From positions 356,412-420,411 of the forward strand of contig CAWATW010000006.1 in NCBI GenBank assembly GCA_963785075.1: 64,000 nucleotides of DNA, in the 5' to 3' direction. The position numbers were made by a program, and so were the translations under genes. This DNA comes from an uncultured bacterium (GTDB lineage: Bacteria > Actinomycetota > Acidimicrobiia > Spongiisociales > ZC4RG35). The notes under the pieces were generated by a model that was not told the origin of the DNA, searched no databases, and was given only the letters and a program-made list of their open reading frames with translations. Of this stretch, positions 45,365 through 53,516 are shown in pieces (the stretch's first letter is position 1; every line of letters starts with the position of its first letter).

Positions 45365-46528
45365 CCCGGGAGCGGGTCCTCACCGCCTATCGCTCGGCCC
45401 TCCAGGCCGTCGATCCCGAGGCTGCCGTCGCCCGAGCGGTGCGGGATCTGGAAAGCGAGCGGGTATGGGTGGCTGCCGTCGGCAAGGCGGCGCCGGCGAT
45501 GGTCCGGGGCGCGGCGTCCGCTCTCGGCGAGGCGATGCGCGGTTTCCTGGCGGTCTCCGACCACGTCGAGCCGACCGCTGCCAACGGATCGGTGTTCGTG
45601 GGAGGACACCCGTTTCCCGACGAACGATCGGAACGAGCCGGACGGGCGTTGTTGTCGTTCGTCGGCTCGATCCCGCCGGACGACCTGCTGCTCGTGCTCG
45701 TCTCCGGCGGCGGCTCAGCCCTCGTGGAGGTCCCGGTCGAGGGCGTCGCCGTCGAGGACGTGGCCAGGCTCACGGACCGGCTCATGCACGTGGGCACCCC
45801 CATCGAGGAGATCAACCTGGTGCGAAGACACCTGTCTCGCATCAAGAACGGCGGCCTGCTGCGCGCAACCACTGCGACCCGAGCGGTGACGCTCGTGGTG
45901 TCCGACGTGATCGACGCCGGACCGGAGGTGGTCGCGTCCGGTCCCACACTCGTCGACGGATCGTCGGTCGACGACGCCGTCGAAGTGATCCGATCGCGGC
46001 TCGGTGTCGACTTTCCAGTTCGTCCCGTGGGCCCGACAGGCCCGCTCCCGGAGCATCGGGCCGAAGTGGTGGCCGACTGTTCGATGGCCGCTCTGGCGGC
46101 GGCCGACGAACTCGGCGCCGAGGTGTGGACCGCCGCCCTGCGCGGCGAGGCATCCGAGCAGGCCAGACGGATGGTGGCCGCCGGCGAGAAGCGTCCGCTG
46201 GTGGCGACGGGCGAGACCACCGTGACGGTGCGAGGTGCGGGCCTCGGTGGTCGCAATCAGGAGGCGGCGCTCGCCGCAGCGATCGCGCTGGACGGAGAGA
46301 CCGGATGGTTCGGTGCGCTCGGCACCGACGGCATCGACGGTCCCACCGAGGCGGCCGGCGCCATCGTCGACGGGAACTCGGCGGATCGGATGCGCCGCCT
46401 GGGTGTCGACCCCTACCGCGCCCTCGAGTCCAACGACTCGCACGGGGCGTTGGCGGCTGCGCGGCGATCTCGTCGTCACCGGGCCCTCCGGCACCAACGT
46501 CGGCGATCTGTGGATCAGCCTTCCCTGA
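45361..46528 (+). pseudogene. glycerate 2-kinase/hydroxypyruvate reductase (MOFRL family) with a 1-nt frameshift near 46462 affecting the last ~22 codons
   Basis: ATG 45361 (ATGA overlap with the MFS stop). Contains LVLVSGGGSAL and GGRNQE. After ..SNDSHGALAAA the frame runs into RRSRRHRALRHQRRR. The +1 frame instead reads GDLVVTGPSGTNVGDLWISLP-stop (46463..46528), the canonical family C-terminus. Confidence 0.75.
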
Positions 46529-46534
46529 GAACGA

Positions 46535-47263
46535 TCAGGGCGCAAGCGTGGACAGATCGTCGACGGTGATGGTGGCTCCGGCCTCCGCCAGTGCTGCCGA
46601 CGAGTCGGTGCGATCGACGCCGACGACGACGGCGAAACCGCCGGCCGCACCTGCCGCCACTCCGCTGACCGCGTCCTCGAAGACAACCGTGCGACCCGGC
46701 GCTGCGCCGAGCTCTGCGGCGGCATCGAGGAAGGTGTCGGGAGCCGGCTTCCCGGGAAGTGATCGTTGCCGGGCGACGACCCCGTCCATCACGAAGCGAA
46801 ATCGGTCGGACAGATCCGCTGCAGCCAGCACCGGCTTGGCGTTGGCGCTGGACGAAACCACCGCGAGGCCGATCTCCGTGGCCGCCAAGGCGTCGAGCAG
46901 CCCGACTGCGTCGGGGTACGGCTCCACACCCTCATCCTCCAGCACCCGGTTGAACATGGCGTTCTTCAGGTTGCCGAGGGCACACACCGTGTCGTGACCC
47001 GGCGCATCCCCTGGGTCACCCTCGGGGAGCACGATATTGCGGGAGGCGAGGAAGTCCCTGACCCCGTCGTAGCGCGGCTTGCCGTCGACGTGTGCCAGGT
47101 AATCGGCCTCGACGAACGGCACGAAGGCGGGACCGCTCCGAGCGGCGAGGAACTCGTCGAACGATCGCTTCCAAGCAGATTCGTGCACCCGTGCCGTCGG
47201 AGTCAGGACGCCGTCGAGATCGAACAAAACTGCGTCGATGGCCTGCCAGTCGATGAGGCTCAT
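46535..47263 (-). CDS. HAD-superfamily hydrolase, beta-phosphoglucomutase-like
   Basis: ORF track, 242 aa. Contains AVLFDLDGVLT, VVSSSAN, GKPAPD and FEDAVSGV. Confidence 0.82.
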   Translation of the reverse strand: MSLIDWQAIDAVLFDLDGVLTPTARVHESAWKRSFDEFLAARSGPAFVPFVEADYLAHVDGKPRYDGVRDFLASRNIVLPEGDPGDAPGHDTVCALGNLKNAMFNRVLEDEGVEPYPDAVGLLDALAATEIGLAVVSSSANAKPVLAAADLSDRFRFVMDGVVARQRSLPGKPAPDTFLDAAAELGAAPGRTVVFEDAVSGVAAGAAGGFAVVVGVDRTDSSAALAEAGATITVDDLSTLAP

Positions 47264-47303
47264 GCCCGCACCCTGGCACAGAGGAGGTCATCAGCCAACC
47301 CCA

Positions 47304-48083
47304 TCATCGATGGGCCACCACGAACCGGTCCCGCCCGGTGAGGTCTCGACGAACCGAGACAGAGGCGAATGCCCGCTCGAACAACACCGTCACCTCGGGA
47401 CCCTGCTCATCGCCGATCTCGCAGATCACCGTCCCACCGGGCGCGAGCCAGCGGACCGCCTCGAAGGCGATGCGATCGAGCACCTCGAGTCCGGTCGGGC
47501 CGGACACGAGCGCCATCCGCGGCTCATCCTTCACGTCGGGAGGCAGGTCATCGAACTCCGCATCCGTGACGTACGGCGGATTGGACACGATGAGGTCCAG
47601 CAGCCCGGACAGCTCCGGCGGCAGCGCCTCGAACAGATCCCCTTGGAGGACCTCGATGTCCGACCGTGAGCGAGCGACGTTGAGCCGAGCGACGTCAACG
47701 GCGTCGGGCGAGAGGTCGGTTGCGATCACCCGCGCAGCGGGCCAGGTGGACTTGCAGGCGATCGCCAGCGCGCCAGATCCGGTGCACAGGTCGACCACGA
47801 CAGCCGGGTCGATCACCTCCGCCACCGCCAGCTCCCAGAGCTGCTCCGTCTCGGGACGTGGGATCAGCACGCGTTCGTCGACCACGAGTTCGAAAGGGCC
47901 GAACGCAGCGGTTCCCTCGAGGTACTGCAGTGGCGCGCCCGCCAACCTCCGGCGAAGGAGATCGGCGAACAGGCGGTCGTCGCCTCCGCTCGCCGCCCTC
48001 AGGCGACGTTCCTCATGGGCCGGGAGGACGGGGTCGGACACAACGGCAGTGTGGCACCTTCGACACGATTCAACATGCCACAA
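47304..48083 (-). CDS. prmC: release-factor glutamine N5-methyltransferase (PrmC/HemK-like, short N-terminal domain)
   Basis: ORF track, 259 aa (GTG 48041 is a plausible alternative start). Contains PLQYLEG, VLIPRPETE, DLCTGSGALA and IVSNPPYV. Confidence 0.8.
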   Translation of the reverse strand: MWHVESCRRCHTAVVSDPVLPAHEERRLRAASGGDDRLFADLLRRRLAGAPLQYLEGTAAFGPFELVVDERVLIPRPETEQLWELAVAEVIDPAVVVDLCTGSGALAIACKSTWPAARVIATDLSPDAVDVARLNVARSRSDIEVLQGDLFEALPPELSGLLDLIVSNPPYVTDAEFDDLPPDVKDEPRMALVSGPTGLEVLDRIAFEAVRWLAPGGTVICEIGDEQGPEVTVLFERAFASVSVRRDLTGRDRFVVAHR

Positions 48084-48172
48084 ACGGCCCAGGACGGGTG
48101 CGCTGACTGGCGTCGTGCCCTATCGGGTCGGAGCCTTCGGCCCGTAGCGTGGGGAACGAAGGAGGTGTCGCC

Positions 48173-49159
48173 ATGCAACCGATCGCAGTGGCGATCGTTC
48201 ACGGGATCGAGATCGAAGACCCCGACTTCGCCACAACCCCGACCAAGTTGCTGAAGGAGGCGTTCGCCGATCAGTTCGGACCGCACGGTCCCGACCCGGA
48301 TCAGGCACTGATCGTGGAACCGATCGCCTGGGCCGCCGAGGCACAGGCACGACAGCAGCAGCTCTTCGATCACGTCTTCGCCACCGATTCGCACGAGTTC
48401 TTCGAGGACCGCATCTCCCGGATCATCACCAAGCTGAACGCCGGGTCGACCCGCCACCTCGTGCCGCTGATCCTGTCCATGTCCGACCGGAAGGTTCCGG
48501 GGATGAAAGAGCTTCATTGGCCGACCGCCCGGTGGCTCATGATGCATTTCGTTGGTGACGTCATCGCATATGACCGAACCGGGGACGGCGCCAACTATCA
48601 CGCGGTACACGGGACCTTCGCAAGCGGTCTCGAATCACTCGCCCGCCGGGCCGGCCCGGAGGCTCCGCTGTGCGTGATCGCACACTCGTTCGGCACGGTG
48701 CTCGCCACCGACTACTTCTACGACCAGCAACAATGGCGCCGGCGGCTGGCCGCCGAAACTGTCGACGCCGCACGTGGGAAGTCTGCACTGGCCCGCGGCC
48801 ACACGTTGGCCTGGCTCTACACGATGGGAAGCCCGCTCGCCCTCTGGAGCCTGCGCTATGCGTCCGACTCCCGACAGATGAGCAAGCCGATCAGGTTTCC
48901 CGGACAACGCATCGAGACAGACCGTCCCGATCTGAACACCGAGTGGGTGAACATCTACGAGAAGGACGACATCATCGCATACCCGCTCCGCGGGCTCAGC
49001 GAGGCGTACGCGGCGACGGTCGACGAGGATCGCGCAGTCGACGTGTCCGGCCCCGTGTCGACGACCCCGCTGACTCACATCTTCTACTGGTCGGACCGCA
49101 AGGTGATCGATCCGATCGGAGCAAGACTCGCTCAGGGGTGGCGGCTGCTCAACGAGTGA
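48173..49159 (+). CDS. putative alpha/beta-fold serine hydrolase, family not recognised
   Basis: Lies inside ORF 48149..49159. ATG 48173 with AAGGAGG 7 nt upstream. Contains VAIVHGI (oxyanion HG), VIAHSFGT (GxSxG-like) and later EKDDIIAYP and LTHIFYW (possible Asp/His). Confidence 0.6.
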   Translation: MQPIAVAIVHGIEIEDPDFATTPTKLLKEAFADQFGPHGPDPDQALIVEPIAWAAEAQARQQQLFDHVFATDSHEFFEDRISRIITKLNAGSTRHLVPLILSMSDRKVPGMKELHWPTARWLMMHFVGDVIAYDRTGDGANYHAVHGTFASGLESLARRAGPEAPLCVIAHSFGTVLATDYFYDQQQWRRRLAAETVDAARGKSALARGHTLAWLYTMGSPLALWSLRYASDSRQMSKPIRFPGQRIETDRPDLNTEWVNIYEKDDIIAYPLRGLSEAYAATVDEDRAVDVSGPVSTTPLTHIFYWSDRKVIDPIGARLAQGWRLLNE

Positions 49160-49459
49160 TGTCACGAAGCACCCAAGTCACCGAAGGAGTCTTGCCTTGA
49201 TGGGATGGAGAGAGGTTTTGAGCGTGTAGCTCGAAACTGCTGACGACCAAACGAGAGGGAGAAGCGCGGACGCGTTCCGCGCTGCCGCTTTCGTAGTAGT
49301 TCAACTGGCCCCCTGGGCGCGTCGACCGTGGCCTCGACAAGTGATGCAGCCCCATTCGATCTGTGCCTATCCGAACCGGCTGAGAGTGGGACGTTCCGCC
49401 CGGGATCTCGCACAGAGGGCGTGCAGAGTCACGGTCCGCGAGGTGGTTATCGTTCGTCG

Positions 49460-50218
49460 ATGGCTGATGTACCGCCGATTCTCGAGTTCGACCCGGACCG
49501 AGCGGCGCTGATCGATCCTCGATCGGAGCCGCCGATTCCCGGGGCCCCCGTTGCTGCTGTTGCGTGCTTCTTCCCGTCGCTGATCGCCGAGCTGTCCGAG
49601 ACTGGTCAGGTGCTACTTCAGTTGCCCAGCCTGGGAGAGCTGTGGAAGATCGACTACGACGGAGAGCCACTTGCCGTGTTCTACCCCGGCCAGGGGGCTT
49701 CGCTGGCGGCCGTCACCGTCGAGCGTGTTCTAGCAGCGGGCATCGAAGCAGTCGTTGCCTGCGGAGGTGCTGGAGCTGTGGTGCCCGACTTGTCGCTCGG
49801 GCACGTGATCGTCGTCGATTCCGCGATCCGCGACGAAGGCACGTCGTACCACTACATCGCTCCATCACGAGAGATCTCAACCCCAAAGAAGGTTGTTGCC
49901 GTCCTGCGCGACGTTGCGCAGAAATCCGGGTTGGCGTACACAGTCGGCAAGACCTGGACCACCGACGGGTTCTTCCGGGAGACGCCCGGGCGAATCCAGC
50001 GACGACGTGACGAGGGTTGCATCGTCGTGGAAGCAGAGGCGGCCGCCTTGCTCGCGGTTGGACAGTTCCGAGGGGCACCAATCGGGCAGTACCTATTCGC
50101 TGGTGACGATGTCAGCGGAGAGGTGAGGGACGACCGGGGCTGGCGCACAGCCGACGAGCTTCACATGGCGCTGTTCAACCTGGCTGCTCGATCGGCCCTC
50201 CGTCTGGTGGCCGGCTGA
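49460..50218 (+). CDS. nucleoside phosphorylase (PNP_UDP_1 family, uridine-phosphorylase-like)
   Basis: Lies inside ORF 49328..50218. Start at ATG 49460 (MADVPPILEF). Contains CGGAGAV, AIRDEGTSYHY, TWTTDGFFRET and VVEAEAAAL. Confidence 0.75.
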   Translation: MADVPPILEFDPDRAALIDPRSEPPIPGAPVAAVACFFPSLIAELSETGQVLLQLPSLGELWKIDYDGEPLAVFYPGQGASLAAVTVERVLAAGIEAVVACGGAGAVVPDLSLGHVIVVDSAIRDEGTSYHYIAPSREISTPKKVVAVLRDVAQKSGLAYTVGKTWTTDGFFRETPGRIQRRRDEGCIVVEAEAAALLAVGQFRGAPIGQYLFAGDDVSGEVRDDRGWRTADELHMALFNLAARSALRLVAG

Positions 50219-50403
50219 CGTCAGCACCCGATCGACACTGCCATCTGGGTGACATGAGTCTTCCGGTTCGGGGGGCGGAGAGGCGGCAAGATTCGCTAGA
50301 GGCAATCTCGAGGATGACCGACGACGCGGAGAGGTCGGCATGGCGGCCGTGACAGACCACGAAACCGTGCGACACGCCAACGCTCACGCGGGGCGGCAGA
50401 TGA

Positions 50404-50747
50404 TCACTGCCGCAGCGACGCGTCAGACCTTGCTTCGGCTCTCACCAGGATGGACCCGACCGGGACCACCAACTGCAAGAGCGTCAACTCGACACGGCGC
50501 TCGAGCGTGACCGTCACCGATTGCCCGTCACCCGCAACCACGATCTGCGGCGAGGCGTCCAGATCACCGCCGTTGGGCTGAGCATCGATGAGTCGAAGCG
50601 CCAGACCACTCGCCAACGCCGGGTCGAGCACCACCCTGCCCTCGTTTCGGAAGGTTTCCGCGTCCACGCCCGACGCACCTGCTACTGCGGCGGCATCGGC
50701 GATCCCCGCCAAGTCACGATGTGCGCCGAGAGCACTCCAAAGGTCCA
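50404..50747. repeat. 344-bp direct repeat, copy A (partner 56478..56821)
   Basis: Hand alignment: 19 mismatches in 344 nt, including one perfectly identical run of about 110 nt. Confidence 0.9.
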
Positions 50748-50895
50748 GGCCGAAGGGACCAAAGGGCACCGTGCCCTCCAGATACTGCAATGGCTCGCCG
50801 GCCATTCGGCGCTTCTCCATCTCCACCAAGACAGAGTCATCACCGCCGGACGCTTCTCGCAATCGACGCCTCTCGTGTGCTGGGAGCTCGGCCAT
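50404..50895 (-). CDS. chimeric ORF: PrmC-like N-terminal 47 codons fused to a second copy of the TadG-like C-terminal domain
   Basis: ORF track, 163 aa. MAELPAHERRRLREASGGDD..PLQYLEGTVPFGPFGL resembles the PrmC N-terminus. The remaining 113 aa differ at only 2 residues from the C-terminus of 56478..56912. Confidence 0.55.
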   Translation of the reverse strand: MAELPAHERRRLREASGGDDSVLVEMEKRRMAGEPLQYLEGTVPFGPFGLDLWSALGAHRDLAGIADAAAVAGASGVDAETFRNEGRVVLDPALASGLALRLIDAQPNGGDLDASPQIVVAGDGQSVTVTLERRVELTLLQLVVPVGSILVRAEARSDASLRQ

Positions 50896-50984
50896 CGCTT
50901 GATTCTGCCACCGTCATCCGGCAGTCCGCTTCCCGGGCCGGACCGGCGAGGCCAGCCCTCCGCCCGGTCGCCGTCACGCAATCG

Positions 50985-52748
50985 TCAGCGGAGCGGGAAG
51001 AAGATCGGGATTGCGATGGCGGCCGCTACGACCGTCACGACCGTGAGCGGTGCACCAAGACGGGTGAAATCCGAGAAGCGATATCCGCCCATGCCGTAGA
51101 CGATGGTGTTGGTCTGGTAGCCGATCGGGGTGAGGAAGGAACACGACGCTCCCACGACGATCGCAACCGCCATCGCTCGCATGTTCAGACCCTGAGACAC
51201 CGCTGTGGCTTGCGCCACCGGGAAGACCAGGATGGCAGCGGCATTGTTGGAGAGAAGTTCTGTGGCAGCCATCGTCGCTACCAGGATGCCAACCAGCACG
51301 GCCACATCTCCGAAGCCGCTGAACATCGACACCATCCCCGACGCGAGCACGGCGTCGAGCCCACTGACATCGACAGCCGCACCCAATCCGAAGCTCAGCG
51401 CCACCAGCAATACCGTGTTCAGGTCGATGGCTTCGCGAGCCTCAGCCACCGACAACACGCCCGTTCCGATCACTGCGAGGGCCGCTACCAGCGCGGCCTG
51501 GGGGAGATCAACGAGGCTGGTGGCGGAGGCGATGATGAGGGCGGCAGTCACCGCACGGACGATCCATGCCTTCGTGCGTCGGACCGGGACCGAGCCGTCG
51601 AGCGGCGAAACCAGGAGGAGGCCCTCACGGTCGTGCCACCGCCTGATGAAGCCTCGATCGGAGACCAGCATCAAGACATCGCCGAGCTTGAGGGTCACGT
51701 CACCGAGCTTTCCGCCCAGCCGCTCCCCCGCCCGGTGGATGGCCAGGACGGCCGCTCCAAACCGGTTGCGAAAGTCGGCGTCGCGCAGATTGGTGCCCAG
51801 CAAACCTGCTCCTACGACCGCCTCGTAATACCGCTGGCCTCCGGCTCCGAAGTGGGGCTCCTCCAGGGGCAAGAGACCCCGGAGCGACTGAAGATCCACT
51901 ACGCGGGCGACGTCTCCCACGAAGGCGAGCCGGTCGCCCGCTCTGAGGATCTGCTCGGGCGCCACTGGTGCGAGGACCGCCTCATCACGTTCGAGCTGAG
52001 CCAGAAACACTCCCGCGAGGTGACGCAGGCCCGCATCCTCCACGGTCTTCCCCTCGAGGGCACCACCCGCCTCGACCTCCATCTCGACGATGAACTCTCT
52101 CATCGAGTCCATCCGGTCGCGCTTCGGGTGATGCTCTCGCTGCAACCAAGGGGCCACCACAAGCAGTACGCCGACTCCGACTGAAGCCACGAGCATCCCG
52201 ACCCCACTGAACTCGAAGACACCAAAGGGAGCCATGCCGGCGTCGCTCATGAGCCCGTTGACGGTGAGGTTCGTCGAGGTTCCGAGCACCGTGATCACCC
52301 CGCCGAAGACGGTCGCGAAGCTGAGCGGCATCAGGAAGCGGGAGACCGGCCGTCCGGTTCGTCGGCACCACGAGTCGATCCGAGGGGCCAACATCGCCAC
52401 CAACGGTGTATTGGCGATGAACGCAGATGCTGCCGCAGCCGGAACACAGATCCGGGCGAGTTGGCGCCGCTCTCCACCTTCTGCCGCGCCGCTGCCGAGA
52501 AGCCTGTCGGTCAGGCCCGTCAATGCTCCGGTGGCTTCGACCGCGGCGGCCAGCACGTAGAGCGCAGCGATCGTGATCGGCGCCGAGTTGGCGAGCCCTC
52601 CGAAGGCCTCCTGGAAATCGATCACGCCTGCGAGATGAAGAACCGTCACAGCCACCAGCGTCACGGCTGCCGCGTGAAACCTCTCACTGACGAACGCAGC
52701 GATTGCGACGGACAGGACGGCAGCCGTCAACCAGGCGTCCGGGGTCAC
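50985..52748 (-). CDS. SLC13/DASS-family anion permease with two internal TrkA-C domains
   Basis: ORF track, 587 aa. Multi-pass membrane protein with central soluble repeats (ALEGKTVEDAGLRH..GDRLAFVGD and LLGTNLRDADFRNRFGAAVLAIHR..GDVLMLVSD). Confidence 0.8.
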   Translation of the reverse strand: MTPDAWLTAAVLSVAIAAFVSERFHAAAVTLVAVTVLHLAGVIDFQEAFGGLANSAPITIAALYVLAAAVEATGALTGLTDRLLGSGAAEGGERRQLARICVPAAAASAFIANTPLVAMLAPRIDSWCRRTGRPVSRFLMPLSFATVFGGVITVLGTSTNLTVNGLMSDAGMAPFGVFEFSGVGMLVASVGVGVLLVVAPWLQREHHPKRDRMDSMREFIVEMEVEAGGALEGKTVEDAGLRHLAGVFLAQLERDEAVLAPVAPEQILRAGDRLAFVGDVARVVDLQSLRGLLPLEEPHFGAGGQRYYEAVVGAGLLGTNLRDADFRNRFGAAVLAIHRAGERLGGKLGDVTLKLGDVLMLVSDRGFIRRWHDREGLLLVSPLDGSVPVRRTKAWIVRAVTAALIIASATSLVDLPQAALVAALAVIGTGVLSVAEAREAIDLNTVLLVALSFGLGAAVDVSGLDAVLASGMVSMFSGFGDVAVLVGILVATMAATELLSNNAAAILVFPVAQATAVSQGLNMRAMAVAIVVGASCSFLTPIGYQTNTIVYGMGGYRFSDFTRLGAPLTVVTVVAAAIAIPIFFPLR

Positions 52749-53377
52749 GCAGGCGCCCCACCCCGCGCAGCCCTACGGCGCAAAACTCCCAGGACCTCTC
52801 GACCGACCGGCAGCAATGAGAGCGCCACGATCGCCATCGCAGCCACCTCGACGTTGTCGCGTACAAGCGGCAGACTGCCCAACCACCACCCCACGATTGG
52901 TAGACCGACGGCCCACAGGATGGCGCCGATGACGTTGGCCCTGGTGAACGCAGGGCGAGACATCCCGGCGATGCCTGCTGCCAGCGGAGCGAACGTCCGG
53001 ACGATTGGCACGAAGCGAGCGAGCACGACGCCACGCCGGCCATACGCCGTGACAAAACGGCTGGCGCGCTCGAAACGATCGCGGGTGAAGAAGCGCCCGT
53101 CGGGACGGTTCAGGAATCTACGCCCGGCGCGACGACCGATCGAATACCCGACCTGATCACCGGCGACAGCCGCCGCGAACGCGGCGAGGATCACAACGAT
53201 CAAGGGCGGCATGACCTGACCACCCGCAGGGGACGCAAGGAATCCGGCGATGAACAATAGGGAGTCGCCCGGAAGGAACAGTCCGACGAGAAGACCGGAC
53301 TCTACGAAGACGATCGCCATCAACATCAGCAAACCTCCGGCGGACAGCAGAGATTCGGGGTCCAGCAAGGACATCAC
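52745..53377 (-). CDS. DedA/VTT-domain membrane protein
   Basis: ORF track, 210 aa. Contains FLPGDSLLFIAG, GYSIGRRAG and ARFVPIVRTFAPLAAG. Confidence 0.82.
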   Translation of the reverse strand: MMSLLDPESLLSAGGLLMLMAIVFVESGLLVGLFLPGDSLLFIAGFLASPAGGQVMPPLIVVILAAFAAAVAGDQVGYSIGRRAGRRFLNRPDGRFFTRDRFERASRFVTAYGRRGVVLARFVPIVRTFAPLAAGIAGMSRPAFTRANVIGAILWAVGLPIVGWWLGSLPLVRDNVEVAAMAIVALSLLPVGREVLGVLRRRAARGGAPA

Positions 53378-53516
53378 GCGTCGGTCCTCCAGCGTTTTCG
53401 GTCACTCATAATATCTCTTTCGGTCTACTGAATCTAGGAGGCACCGGGGGCGAGTGACGCCTCGGTTGGAGAAAGGGGCCGGGGCGCCATCGGGGATCTC
53501 CGGTCAGGGATGGAGC

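Noticed and set aside
43933-46569. 878-aa ORF suggesting a giant fusion protein
   Set aside because: Its first ~475 codons are an alternative frame of the cadI 3' end and the whole MFS gene (Arg-rich nonsense). Only the part from ATG 45361 is the real glycerate kinase.
49360-49455. ykkC/guanidine- or PRPP-type riboswitch upstream of the nucleoside phosphorylase
   Set aside because: Short blocks resemble pieces of that motif (GGGACGTTCCG, CCCGGGA, GGTCCGCGAGG). They occur in the wrong order relative to the consensus as I remember it, so I do not call it.
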